The notes under the pieces are model-generated. The model made no database searches and was not told the origin of the DNA. It saw nothing but the letters and a program-made list of their open reading frames with translations. A stretch of DNA of 64,000 bases, from positions 341,821 to 405,820 of the forward strand of contig JBNGIO010006255.1 in NCBI GenBank assembly GCA_049999805.1, read 5' to 3'. Positions 51,693 to 64,000 of this stretch are shown here, piece by piece (the stretch's first letter is position 1; the number at the start of each line of letters is the position of its first letter). The position numbers were made by a program, and so were the translations under genes. Source of the stretch: Folioceros fuciformis (taxonomy: Eukaryota).

Positions 51693-52350
51693 TCCTTCCT
51701 AGAATCTTGTACCCACACTTGACACACTACCCACTTGTCATTTGTACGTGTAAGCTGAAAAGAACACAACACAAGGCTTGAAGCTCCCGCTGAAAAGAAC
51801 TCATCACAAGGCTTAAAGCTCCCAGATATTGATTTTACTGCGCAGTAAGAGATGACAAGACTATACTTGTTCAAGAGCATTATCTCCTGCCCACACCTTA
51901 TCCCACGCAGGGCAAAGCCAATGTCCTCCCTTATAGTGTGGGAGAAGTGGGTTAAGGGGAGGGGGATCAATGCTGCCAAATGGAAGTGACGAATCCTGGA
52001 AGCCTTAAAACTGCCCATGCCTTAGACGCTGGGCGGCGAGGGAGCGTGAAGGAGAAATGGTGCACGCTTGTGCTGTCGCCTCGCCTAGCCAGGTTCAGTG
52101 CAACAGGCAACAGAGGGGAACCCGCGGGGGAGTCGCCCCAACCCTGGTTGAAGCGGGGGAGGGAATCCTGGCCCCCGATTGGTCCCTGCCGATTACTGTC
52201 AGTGCATGCACCTGGCCGCGCGCCCGGCCTGCCTTCCAAACATATTTATTGTGTGAGCAGGCTGATTTGTTGGACATCACGATCTCCAGCGCCAGCGAAG
52301 CCTCCCGTTCCACTTGGCCCCGTTCTTCCTGGTGGGAGGCAGCAAGAGCC

Positions 52351-53334
52351 ATGGCCGCCGTCTCGGCATGCATCAGCAGCGCCTCCTTCGCCGGGCAGGC
52401 CGTGCTGAAGGCGCCCTCTGAGCTCTCCAGGAAGGTGAACGGCGGTAAGGCTGTGGACGCCAGGGTCACCATGCGGAAGTCGCAGACCTCCAAGTCCGAT
52501 AGCATCTGGTACTGGATCGTGAATTTGTTACTGGCCCAGGGAGGGAATTGGGTGGGGGTGGGATGGAGGGTGAGACGGGGTTGAGTGGTGGATTGATTGA
52601 GTGAGTGAGTGATGGAATTGTTGTGGTGTTGGTGGTGTGATGTGACTTGACGCGACGTGACGTTAACGCTTTGGGTTTGCAGGTACGGGCCCGACAGGCC
52701 CAAGTACCTCGGCCCGCTCTCCGGGGAGCCCCCGAGCTACCTCAAGGGAGAGTTCCCGGGCGACTACGGGTGGGACACGGCAGGCCTGTCGTCGGACCCC
52801 GAGACGTTCGCCAGGAACCGGGAGTTGGAGGTGATCCACTCGCGGTGGGCGTTGCTGGGGACGCTCGGGATCGTGACTCCCGAGATTCTGGCCAAGTACG
52901 GGGTGCCTATCCAGGAGCCCGTGTGGTTCAAGGCCGGAGCGGTCATCTTTTCCGAGGAGGGGCTGAATTATCTGGGCAACCCGGCTCTCATCCACGCCAA
53001 GAGCATCCTGGCCGTGCTGGCCGTGCAGGTGATCTTGATCGGGGCGGTGGAGGGATACCGCATTGCGGGCGGGCCGCTGGGCGAGGTGACCGACCCGCTC
53101 TACCCCGGCGGGGCCTTTGACCCCCTCGGCCTCGCCGACGACCCCGACACCTTCGCCGAGCTCAAGGTGAAGGAGATCAAGAATGGAAGACTGGCCCAGT
53201 TTTCCGCCTTTGGCTTCTTTGTGCAGGCCATCGTCACCGGCAAGGGCCCCATCGAGAACCTCCTGGACCACCTGGCCGACCCCTCCAACAACAACGCCTG
53301 GGCCTACGCTACCAAATTTGTCCCCGGGAACTAG
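52351..53334 (+). CDS. LHCB: Major LHCII chlorophyll a/b-binding protein (Lhcb1/2-like), one intron 52509-52682; mature chain has no Met or Cys
   Basis: Transit peptide ...[14 protein letters not shown] trimerisation motif, [42 protein letters not shown]. Confidence 0.97.
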
Positions 53335-54052
53335 ATCATCCGTGAACGCGGTTCCGCTCCCGGGCCGTCAAGCTCGCCCGCTTGAAACCCAATTCGCTGA
53401 TGTCCTCCGCGGCTGGAACTTTTGCGTGATGCCGACTACAATGTCATCCCACTTGTGTACAACGTTTCTGTTTCTTTCGCTGCTGCTGCGACAGCATATC
53501 GCACTCCCCCGTCAGCAAGTTCGAGCAGTCCATTGCCAAATGTCGAATGTCTTGCACCTAGAAGCCGAATGTGGAGAACTTGGCCAGCATTCCACATCCG
53601 GAGCGCTGCGTCTGCACTCCTGCTGACGGTTGTGTAAACTTCTTCTCTCCTTCACGATGCTTTGTTTGTCTCATTTGCCTAATGAATGCAGTTTGTGTCG
53701 TTTTGATTCACATTGTCTACGGACAGCGTCTCAATTTGTGTACCTGCCATGCTCTCCTTCTCCGGCCTCCTCGCTGTCCTCTGCGCAATCCGCAGTCGCC
53801 CTGGTCACACCTGCTGGAAGGACCGTGTTTCACATTCAAACGAATCCGAGACGTATCACATTTGAATGGTTTGCTGCCCTAATCATGGACGAAAACTAGT
53901 CACAGTCGACTTTCTGCGATTCATGGAAACTGCGACTTTTGCGACTCGCTCGTTGATCCTGTCTTGATCGAAATGGGTCTGCTGGATTGACAAGAGGAGT
54001 AGCTGACAGCTGTTGCGCAGAGCAGGGGAACGTGCGGAATTGGATTGGGAGA

Positions 54053-55351
54053 ATGTTGCGGCACTGTGGTCCAAGGGTGTTACGGGGTTTGAATGCGGGT
54101 GCTCGACGAGGGTGGATTTTGGAAGCGGAATGCAGGTCTGGAGTGGCAGGGGCAGGGGGAGGTTGTGGGTTCAGCTCGCAGGCTGGAGGAGATCCTGGAA
54201 GGCCAGGTCTGAGGAGGAATTTCGGAAATGGGGCTGCTGCCCGGGCACATCCAGGGCAGAAGAATTCGCAGGGGACGCTCATGTACCTCACCGCCTTGGT
54301 TGTGGCTATGTTGGGATGTACGTACGCTTCCGTGCCACTGTATCGAAAGTTCTGTCAGGCTACTGGTTATGGGGGGACTGTGAAGCGGCGTGAGGTGAGC
54401 TGGTTGTGACATGAAGGATTTGCTGTACCCGTGGGTTTCCGGTCTTGTCGTGGCAGCGGAACTGGTTCATCGGCCCAGTGGCTGCTTGCAGACAGTGGAG
54501 GAAAAGATTGCAAGGCAGGCTGCTGAAGGCTCAGCCGCGCCGGTCAGGTGAATTATGCTCCTGCTGCTGCTTCTGCTGGCTTGGATGGTTTGCAGGGGAG
54601 TGAATTTGGGGGAGGGGAAGCCGCTGCATACCCTAATCGATAGGGTTTGTTAATGTGTCTTTCGGTAGGGAGCTGGTGGTGCAGTTTAATGCGGATGTCG
54701 CGGATGGTATGCCCTGGAAGTTCACGCCAACTCAACGGGAGGTATGGGCATTCGGAGTTCACCGTCTGGCTTTGTGGTTACGAGGGATGGTGGTGATCCA
54801 TGCTGGTCTTTTTTTCTTCCCATGTTTGGATTCGGATGTGTAGTTAAAGGTGAGGCCGGGGCAGAGCACTCTGGCTTTCTACACAGCAGAAAACACCAGC
54901 TCCAAGTCCATCACGGGAGTATCGACATACAATGTCACTCCTATGAGGGTACACAACGTCACTCTCAGAAGCCTGGTTCGAAGCAAGGTCAGAACCGGAA
55001 ATTGATCTGCCCTTTGGTGTGCCCATGCAGGCTGGAGCCTACTTCAACAAGATCCAGTGCTTTTGTTTCGAGGAGCAGCGGCTTCGTGCTGGAGAGAAGC
55101 TTGACATGCCTGTGAGTTGTGTTTCCTTGGAGCCTGTTATACTTCCCTCCTTGTGGTTGGGGTCCTCATCCACTACACAGGCCTGACCTGACAAGATGTC
55201 TCCTGGTTATGACTGTGGACCGCAGGTCTTCTTCTACATTGACCCAGAATTCGCCACGGATCCAAGGATGGATGGCGTCAACTCCTTAGTCTTGTCTTAC
55301 ACATTTTTCAAAGTAGAGGATGAGAAACAGGATGAAACATCCGAATCCTAG
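54053..55351 (+). CDS. COX11: Cytochrome c oxidase copper chaperone COX11, mitochondrial
   Basis: [49 protein letters not shown] (CFC Cu motif), [15 protein letters not shown]. Confidence 0.96.
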
Positions 55352-56067
55352 GAAAACTCAGACTTGCAGGCAGCAGGCAGGAGGCAGGCAGCACACCGTT
55401 TCCCAGACCTCTCAGCCACTATACATTGTCAACATCCAGGTACGGATCGCTTTGTGATAGTTCATTTCACGGTCCTTAACCACCTTCGAAGGTCTGCAGT
55501 GGGCTCACCGAACACGTCGTCTGTAGGTTTCCATCCCTGCGGAATCACAGCCGGAGGTGATGGGTACGAGGAATGACCAGTACGCCACCGCGTGAAAGGG
55601 GGCTGAAACCAGTCGGCTGCAGGCAGCTGAGCCACACTGTAGCAGGGAAGCCTAGCTACAGCCGAAATCTGAAAGGAATAAAAGCATCACGCGAGGCGCC
55701 AACATCGTGTTATCTCGTCAGTGAGTCTACCCTGTTGACTTTGATAGCGTAAATAATTGGCTCAGCGTGCACTGAAAAATAATTTGCACAACACGCACTG
55801 CATGTAGACGACTGAATTAGCTCAGCGCCTCGGATGGTCGCAGGGCTCCGAGTCAGGGGCTCACAAATGTTGGCGAGGTCGTGAGCCTTATGACGTGAAA
55901 CGCGTGTATCGGTTCCAGGAGCCGGCCGGCTACCTTTCGTACCACCTTCCTTGCACCTTCTCCCTTGAGTGGCACATTTCCTTCCACATCTGCTTGCCGC
56001 AGTACAATCCTTACGTTCCTCACTCCCCTCCGTCCCAGGCGTGGTGTTCCATTCCGGCTTTGCAACC

Positions 56068-57571
56068 ATGAAGATGCGTGTCGCCAATGCGGTGTCCAGA
56101 GCTCTGCGGGCTTCGGCGGCGGCTTCACGCCGCTCCCTCCACTCCGGTTTGTCCGCCTGCCTCTTTCGCTGTAGGGCTTGGAAGTGTGGATCCAGCTGCA
56201 NNNNNNNNNNNNNNNNNNNNNNNNNNNNNNNNNNNNNNNNNNNNNNNNNNNNNNNNNNNNNNNNNNNNNNNNNNNNNNNNNNNNNNNNNNNNNNNNNNNN
56301 CGCCTGCCTCTTTCGCTGTAGGGCTTGGAAGTGTGGATCCAGCTGCATGTGGCTTGATAAGCACTCGGGTCACGCGCGTCCATCGTAAGATCAGCTGGGA
56401 GCTTGACGCTTGTGCCGCTTTCAGCTGCGGCGGTGGCAGACGAATCTTCGAGATTCTGCTCATGATGTTGTCCCGGCAGCTGCCTGTGGTCAATCTGCAT
56501 GGAATTGGAGGAATGGAGTGAACGGGGAGTCAGGGTTGGTGGACTGTATGTTGGGGGGGAAGGGGCGAACGGTCTGAATTGGGAGCCATGGGAAGCTAAG
56601 GCACGCGGGAAGGGTGCGGCTTGATACTGAGCTGATTTGTGTCGCCTTGTTTGCAGAGGGGAGGACATTGGTGCCTGCCTTTGTGATCAAGGGCGGATCG
56701 GCAGCTTCTTCGCAAATCACCCGAGCCGCCGCGGAGGCGCAGGACAGCAGTGCTAGAGGATGGTTTCCGGCAGCTTTTTTCCTCTCAGCTGCAGGTGACA
56801 CCCTGTAGTCTTCCGTCGCTTGTCTCATGCATTATGCTCGGAAACTGTAAGGCATGTTCCAGTTCCTACAACAAAGTCTGGCCTGACCTGGTCACCCCTG
56901 TCACTCCAGCTGTGGTTGCCCAAGACCAGAACTTGGAGGCTGCCGAAGTAAGTTCCAAAGTTGGGGAAGTGTTCTGCTTTGTGAATTTGATGTGCTTACT
57001 GTAGCTTAGTTCACAATGGGTTTAATCGTTTTCGCACACAGGTCGAGCGGACGTTCATCGCAATCAAGCCCGACGGGGTGCAGCGAGGCTTGGTAAGACA
57101 TCCCTGCGTAGTCACAATCAGTTTGTTCTGTCCTTTTTTTTTTCAACATTTTCCTCACTGCGTTTGATGCAGATTTCTAAGATCATCGGGCGGTTCGAGA
57201 GGAAGGGGTACAAGCTGGTAGGAATCAAGCTGGTGACACCAAGCAAGGAATTCGCCGAGCGGCACTACGACGATCTCAAGGGGCGTTCCTTCTTCAACGG
57301 CCTCACCGACTTCCTCAGCTCCGGACCGGTGGTAGCCATGGTGTGGGAGGGGCAAGGTGTGATCAAGTATGGGCGGAAGTTGATTGGCCAAACCAGCCCG
57401 CAGGCCTCAGAGCCGGGCACTATCCGAGGGGACTATGCCATAGTGGTGGGAAGAAACATCATCCACGGGAGCGATGGTCCTGAAACGGCGGAGGCAGAAA
57501 TCAAGCTCTGGTTCTCTCCCGAGGAGCTCAACGACTATAACCTCTTCAGCGAGAAGTGGCTCTACGAGTGA
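56068..57571 (+). CDS. NDPK3: Nucleoside diphosphate kinase, organellar NDPK3/4 type
   Basis: Arg/Ala/Ser-rich presequence, [48 protein letters not shown]. Confidence 0.94.
56201..56300. other. 100-N scaffold gap with a 47-bp duplicated flank (NDPK intron 1)
   Basis: 56154-56200 is identical to 56301-56347. Confidence 0.95.
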
Positions 57572-57956
57572 CCATCGCTTGCAAACCCACCAAATTTTGT
57601 TGTGCTTTCTCCTCGGAAACCGGCCAGGTTGTAATCTATTCCGCGAACGGATGGAACCTCCTGTGCTGTACGCTTTAGTGAAATTGAATTATTTTCTGGT
57701 GGTTCGTGGGTTTACCACGGATCCTCAAAGCAAACTTTCATGCCTGGACATGCAGTCCTGCTGAGAAAGCAAAAGCCTTGATTATGGATATGATTGGCTT
57801 CTATTGTACATCTCTATAGACGGGAGACCAAAGCTTCGGAACATCTTTTAGCCAGCCCCCTACATGTTCATCCTCTTGGCTGGATTGTCTACATTGTTCT
57901 GAAAGCCGGAAACCCAAACTACCTAATTGAATAAAAATCGCACGCACCCACCACCA

Positions 57957-60017
57957 TCACGCGCGAGTAAAATCTAATGTTAGCAACGGAAGAGCCATAA
58001 TACTGGCAAAAATGGCTACTACAACAGCAACTAGCCACAACGGCAGCTTCTGCAGTCCCTTCGGCTGCCGACCGCCCTTTACATCTGCGTTTCTCACAAC
58101 ACCAGCCGCAGGCTGTTGCTCTGCCGGTGTGGAAGCTTGCTTCTCCTGTTTTTCTTCCACCACTTTCTGCGCCTGATCCAAAAGTCGTTGCTGCTCCGCA
58201 AGCTTCTCCACGTACTCTGGGAACATTTTGCGAAATATTGCACTAATAGACAGCAAGGAAACGGATTGTTAGTGTCCAGACACAAGCATATACACATTTG
58301 ACACACTGACATCGACAGAACCCGTTACAAGCAACGACCATCGGTAAGAGTGGACACACGAATTGATAACATACTTTTTACAATTGTAGGCAAGAGATGC
58401 TTGGGCCAATCGATGCTTATCCTCTGCTGACGTAGAAACACTTCCCGTGGTTGGAGTGTTATCCATCTGCATAAAAATGCATCAAGGTAACAAAATTGAT
58501 TCCGTGACAGAACGTTCAGCATTTCCTTGTCTCCAGCAACCCAAAAGGATTACACACAAATCAGTGACAAAAGCTGACAGCGTTAGGCAATTGGACACAG
58601 GCTATCCTCAGCTCCTCAAAGTTATCAAAATTGATCATTTTCTCAAGAACACGGATACATACCATGAAAGATAACAAACCCGTAAGTATGCTGCATACAG
58701 AATCACGAGGTTAGGCAACTTCTGTGATACGAAAACTTGGGTAATCAAAGAACGGACAAACAAAGGGCACATGACAACAATTCCAAAGCCCTTATCACAC
58801 ACCAAACAATGCTTGCAAAACAAGTATACACCAACTGGACGAACCAGTCAAGATACAGGAAGGGGGAAATACCTAGAAACGGACCACATAGGATTCCAGG
58901 TCTCTGGATGAACTGGATAGACATGAAAGCAGAGACAATCAATTTCCTTCGTGGTAAGCAAATAAGGAAGATTTAGAAGCGGCAGTATTCAAGCACAAGG
59001 AAAGGAATCCATTCAGATCTATACTCACAGTCACTCATAGACATGCAAATCCGCTTGTGAGTTGCAAATCGGCCATTTGGGGTGATCATACTATTAAATC
59101 CCACAAAAGTAGTCAGGAACAAGAGAGCCAAACTTTGAACTCAAATACAAAACTGTCACCCACAAAACGGGAACAAGGGACTCTACAACAACATACCTGA
59201 TGCCAGGCGGCTTAAAAGGGTATTCTGGGGGGAACTTGACCTTCCCATGGTAGACGCCACCTGAACGATGTCGGAGACCGTACCCCACATGAGCATGACG
59301 AGCAACAGCGCACAAGAGTTAAACAGCATGAACAAAGAAAGCCCAACCTTCAAAGGGAGTTCCCTCGCTACCCTCCAAAACGTAATCTGCGTGTACAAGA
59401 GACCACATAACAACAGGCACGGTCAGTAAGAGTGGCAATTACTCCCGCGGAAATATGCTTGCTTCACGCAAGTCATGGATGCGAGAGACGCTAAAAAAAC
59501 GCTCTCCAGGCACAATACAAAATTACTTACGCCATTCCAAAATGTCGGTAGGCGAAGGCCGCGCCAAAACGTGGGGCACTGGTTCCTGATACCATGCAGG
59601 AGGCTAAATTCAGGTATGGTATAACGAGGCAGAGGACAACGACAAAGACAGCACCCATAATTCCAGAACGCAAGACGCTCGTCATTTCTTCCAAGCTAGT
59701 TGAGAGAGCCAACACAAAGCTCATAACCACTGCCGTCAGACTGAGCTGCACAGGGAGAAGCTGAAGCCCAGAGGTCTGTAGGCATGAACGAACTGCCTCA
59801 GGACAAACACCGTACTCTACTCCATTGAGCACCAATCAGCCGCGACCTGTTCTACCAGGAGAACCAAATCACACCCCGGATATCATCACAAATCTCAAGC
59901 CCACACTACCAAGGACCATAATTGCGACGTAGACCTCGACACCTGTCGCCGGAAGCCTACCTTACAAAGAGCTCGAAACTCTTTCTGCAACCGCAGCACA
60001 CAGGCTTTGTCTGCCAT
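57957..60017 (-). CDS. Tail-anchored ubiquitin-conjugating E2 (Ubc6/UBC33-34 type)
   Basis: MADKACVLRLQKEFRALCK, YVLEGSEGTPF, GGVYHGKVKFPPEYPFKPPGI, TPNGRFATHKRICMSMSD, HPETWNPMWSVS, C-terminal TM segment. Confidence 0.93.
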
Positions 60018-60578
60018 ATCCTTCTCTCAACGCATACGTTGGAGGCCGCGAACCAGGCGCAATCCACAATCTAGGGTCACCAAGCAATATGGCTGCGCAT
60101 AGACCACGCCCCAGTTCCCACTCTTGAAAGGAAACAGCTAGATCGGCTCGGCCACAGTCTCGGTTGCCTAGCCCTGGCTAAGCAACGGCTGCCCGCCACG
60201 CTCCGTCAGTAATTTGAACTTGCCAAGGCAGACCGAGTCCCTCAGAGCTGAGTAGCCGTGCAAGCTTCCCGTCCAGCCTGATCATTCCGCGAATCCTCAC
60301 CTCAGGAAACAGAGCCCCACCATAGCAAAGCACAGACAGCGCTGCTGGAACGCAGGGAGGGCTCACCCCAAAAGACTTTCGTTAAGCATATTCTCTTGCG
60401 AATCTTAGCTCTGATCTACATATACCGAAACTTAGGGTTGGAACCTCGGAAACAATCGACTAACGTAAGAGTGATGGCAAAACGAGAAATAATGTGGAAA
60501 ACAGGTAAAATTAATTTAAATAGCGGCTTGGATAAACATCCAAGTGTCGATGCTTACGAACAAGAATTCTGTTAGAAT

Positions 60579-61760
60579 TCACTAAGGACGGATTTCGATC
60601 ATGGACTTCATACTTAATATTTTATATTATATAGGACTTTGATATTTTATATTTTATATTATTGAATGAAAAGAAGAAAATTTCCATTAGAGTCCACTAA
60701 GGATGGATTTTTGTCATGGGACTTAATAAACTTGTACCATGGTTTAGGTAGATTTATTAGATTCCATTAAGGACGGATTTGCATTGTTAGACTTAGTATT
60801 TAACAACTTGCATCATTGTATATCTCATACTTAATAACTTGCACCACGGCATACCATGGTGCAAGTTGAGTCCACTAAGGAAAGATTTCCATCATGGGAC
60901 TTGATACTTAATACTTTATATTGTGCTACACTTAGCCCCGCATGCTCCATAGGGCAATTGGTATGCCTAGCTACTTGCTCCAAAAAGGTGACTATATACC
61001 TAGCCACTTGCTCCAAAGGGTGATTGTATACCTAGCTTCTTACTCCAAAAGGCGACTATGTACCTAGCTACTTGCTCCAAAGGGTGATTATATACCTAGC
61101 TATTAACTCCAAAGGGCGACTCCACTAAGAAAGGATCTCCATCATGGGACTTGGTACTTAATACCCTATACAATGGTACTAGCCACTTGCTCCAAAGAGT
61201 GACCACAATAAGGATGGATGTCCATTATAGGATTTGGTACTTAACACCCTGGTATACCTAACTACTTGCTTTGTACTTAACACCTAATATCCTAGTATAC
61301 CTACCTACGTGCTTGGTACTTAACACCTTGTGCCCTAGTATACCTACCTACTTGCTTCGAAGGACATCTTTCCTTTAATATATTAGAGCCTATCAAGGAT
61401 GGATTTCCATGATGGGACTTTGTACTTAACAAGTTGTACCATGATGTTAAGGATGGATTTCCATCATAAACTTAGTACTTAACAACTTGTACAATAGTAT
61501 TAAGGACGAACTTTTGTCATGCGACTTAGCATTTAACAACTTGTACTATGATATTAAGCTCGAATTTCCATCATAGGACTTAGTACTTAACAAGTTATAC
61601 TATGGTATTAGAGTTGAATTTCCATCGTCACAAGATTGAATTTTGATCATGGGACTTAGTACTTAACAACCATAGTATTAAGAATGGATTTTTGTGATGG
61701 GACTTGGTACTTGACAACTTATACCATAGTATAGCTAGATTTTCTTACATTCCACTAAGG
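60579..61760. repeat. Nested tandem repeats (about 55-65 bp and 33 bp units)
   Basis: Recurrent AAGGATGGATTTCCATCATGGGACTTAGTACTTAACAACTTGTACCATG and TATACCTAGCTACTTGCTCCAAAAGGGTGA. Confidence 0.85.
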
Positions 61761-61789
61761 TAGGAATTCTTATTCACGGTTCTTAGTAT

Positions 61790-62130
61790 CTCAAGGGTTG
61801 TCCCCAAAGTTAAGGCCTAGAGGACCTTTGAATTTGAAATTTTGAATCGCATTGGGAATGTGGTTTCCAAACTACAATTGTCTAATTGGATATGCCTCAT
61901 GAAATGTTTCATGTCTCTTTGTTAAAATCATTCACAACTTCGAAAAACAATGAAGATATGAACAAGAAAGACTATGTCATCTTGGTTCAACTTAACCATA
62001 GTCTAGAGGAAATTTTTGAATTCCTTGTAAAGAGGAAAGTGTCTTCTGTCCATAGTAATGTACTATAGTATCTAATAAGGCTTGTGAGTTTGCAAAGTCT
62101 TTGTCCAGGTTTCACTTCAAAATGTGCAAC
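61790..62130 (+). mobile_element. Degenerate Ty3/Gypsy integrase C-terminal/chromodomain remnant
   Basis: GPFEF...RIGNVVSKLQL...HEMFHVSLLK matches the GPY/F and HxVFHVSxLK motifs; interrupted by stops. Confidence 0.6.
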
Positions 62131-62822
62131 AAGGATCATGATGATCTCACATTATACTAGAGGTCATTGAAGGCAATGATATCTAGAGCTATCTTGATGA
62201 ACATGCAAGTGTGCCTGCTTTATGTTGTCTTATGGAACAAGCTTGTGTTGTATGTTCCATGTTGAAACTCCTCAGAAGATGGAGTTGTAGCAACCACATC
62301 TAGTGCTTTGTAAGATGAGTGCTGTGTAATTACACAATAAGAATGCACAATTTGGGAATCCTATAAGGTTCCTGGATTTGATAGTAACTTAGCTATAGAG
62401 TATAAAGAACTAGGGTAGAAGCTTTGAGGACATGGAGAGAGAGAGAGAGTGATTGTCTCGAGCTTAGTTGTGAGCTCACTATGAAGAAATAATCGTGGAG
62501 GGCTTGAAGAGGCTAATCACGATACCCTGCTCAAGGAAGGGGTATTACTGTCCCTGCATTTGTGCCTCCTTATGTTGCATGCGTTTGCCCATCTCTATCC
62601 ATGATGATGTCTACTTCCAAAGTGACTAGCTTAGGGCCCAAAGTTGTCTAAAAAAACGATTGCAACACATAATAACATTATTTTAATTAAATTTAATATA
62701 TTTACTTTTGTCGGGGTCGTCTCTTGTGGCGACATCATGTACTGGTTCCCACGCTCCGATTGAGGAAGCAGGTACGTGAACAGAGGGTCATTTTGCTGAA
62801 GAAGTTCGGATGCAGCGTGTGG

Positions 62823-64000
62823 ATGCTGGGTGCAGTGGAAATGCATTGGGCCGTGACGGCAGAGACCGTCAGTAGACTGTGTCAGGAAGGGCACGTCGGA
62901 GAGGCTGTTGAGGCTCTGGGATGTCTGGTACACGCAGAGTGTGAGGCTTCTAAATCTCTCTTTTATGAAGTCATAAAAGGATGTGGGAAGGAGCTGTCTC
63001 TGGGTCGCCGTGTTCATGCTCTTGCACTGTGCAAGGGGTATGATTCGGATACGTTCTTGTGCAATCACATCCTGCGGATGTATGCTTCCCATGCCAGGTT
63101 GGAGGAAGCTATGGATGTGTTCAATATGGTTGCCAAACCAGATGCCTTCACATGGTCGGCTATCATCTCAGCTCATGTGAAGCACGGGCAAGATGTGCGT
63201 GCCATACAATTGTATCATGGAATGCGCGAGTCGGGGGTGAAGCCAGATTGCCATGTCTTTGTGGCAGCGCTTCAGGCTTGTTCGAGGGGAGGAGACTTGA
63301 AATCTGGGCAGCAGGTGCATGCGGATGTGTTGGCTAGTGGTGTAAAGCCTAACGCATTCGTTTCTAGTGGCTTGGTGGACATGTATGCTAAATGTGGCAG
63401 CCTGGAAGAAGCGCAAAGAGTGTTTGATGGGCTGCCCCAGAAAGATTTAGTGACTTGGAGTGCCATGATAGCAGGATACTCCCAGCAGGGCATGGGACAG
63501 GAGGCCCTTCATTTGTACAGGACCATGGAAGACGAGGGCATCGTTGAAATAGATTATGTAACGTTTTTGTGCCTCTTACAGGCATGTGCAAGTGTCGGCA
63601 CCCTGGCTTTGGAGAAGGGCAGGCAGCTTCATGGACAGATCAAAGAACGAGGACTTCAAGCTGACGTTTTTGTGGCCAGCAGTTTGGTCAACATGTACGC
63701 AAAGTGTGGCAGCCTAGAGGACGCTAGGGTCGTATTCGACGGACTTGGTGAGAAAAATGTGGTAACGTGGAATACCATGATAGCTGGGTACTCTCAGCAG
63801 GGCATGGGGGAGGATGCCGTTCTTGTGTTCAGGGCCATGCAAGAAGAAAGCATTGTTGCACCCAATGGCGTCACATTTGCAGGCCTCCTTCAGGCATGTG
63901 CAAGTCTGTCCTGTTTGGATCTGGGACAGCAAGTTCATGCACAAGTTAAAGAACAAGGGCTTCATGTCGATTTGCTTGTAGCCGGCAGTTTGATCAACAT
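62823..64000 (+). CDS. PLS-class PPR protein, partial (runs off the right edge; absent from the ORF track)
   Basis: Open frame RLCQEGHVGEAVEAL...GRRVHALALCKGYDSDTFLCNHILRMYAS...VDMYAKCGSLEEA...VTWSAMIAGY; resembles the N-terminal PPRs of 43671-46208. Confidence 0.9.
   Translation, partial: MLGAVEMHWAVTAETVSRLCQEGHVGEAVEALGCLVHAECEASKSLFYEVIKGCGKELSLGRRVHALALCKGYDSDTFLCNHILRMYASHARLEEAMDVFNMVAKPDAFTWSAIISAHVKHGQDVRAIQLYHGMRESGVKPDCHVFVAALQACSRGGDLKSGQQVHADVLASGVKPNAFVSSGLVDMYAKCGSLEEAQRVFDGLPQKDLVTWSAMIAGYSQQGMGQEALHLYRTMEDEGIVEIDYVTFLCLLQACASVGTLALEKGRQLHGQIKERGLQADVFVASSLVNMYAKCGSLEDARVVFDGLGEKNVVTWNTMIAGYSQQGMGEDAVLVFRAMQEESIVAPNGVTFAGLLQACASLSCLDLGQQVHAQVKEQGLHVDLLVAGSLIN

Overview
Gene-dense nuclear DNA from a seed-free land plant. 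Short GT-AG introns, TTTAGGG motifs and a DYW:KP/DRH-type PPR gene suggest a hornwort (inference). About 16 recognisable protein genes: PFA-DSP phosphatase, APS kinase, PHO1, a MATE transporter, a rolling-stone-like membrane protein, ACX4, MSH6, a TcdA-like ThiF enzyme, three PLS-class PPR genes, a TPR protein, an LHCII apoprotein, COX11, NDPK3 and a UBC33/34-type E2. Also tRNA-Val(CAC), several minisatellites, a Ty3/Gypsy-like remnant and two 100-N gaps that look like assembly artefacts. Most interesting: (1) an LHCII whose mature chain has no Met or Cys, a candidate sulfur-sparing antenna isoform; (2) a cluster of three tiny His/Pro-rich peptide ORFs plus an 18-codon ORF; (3) a candidate U-to-C editing PPR with an N-terminal OSB-type PDF motif, head-to-head with an E+ PPR; (4) ACX4 with a PTS2 instead of a PTS1; (5) MSH6 without a Tudor domain; (6) a uORF overlapping the PHO1 start. 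Exon models were built by eye, without searches.
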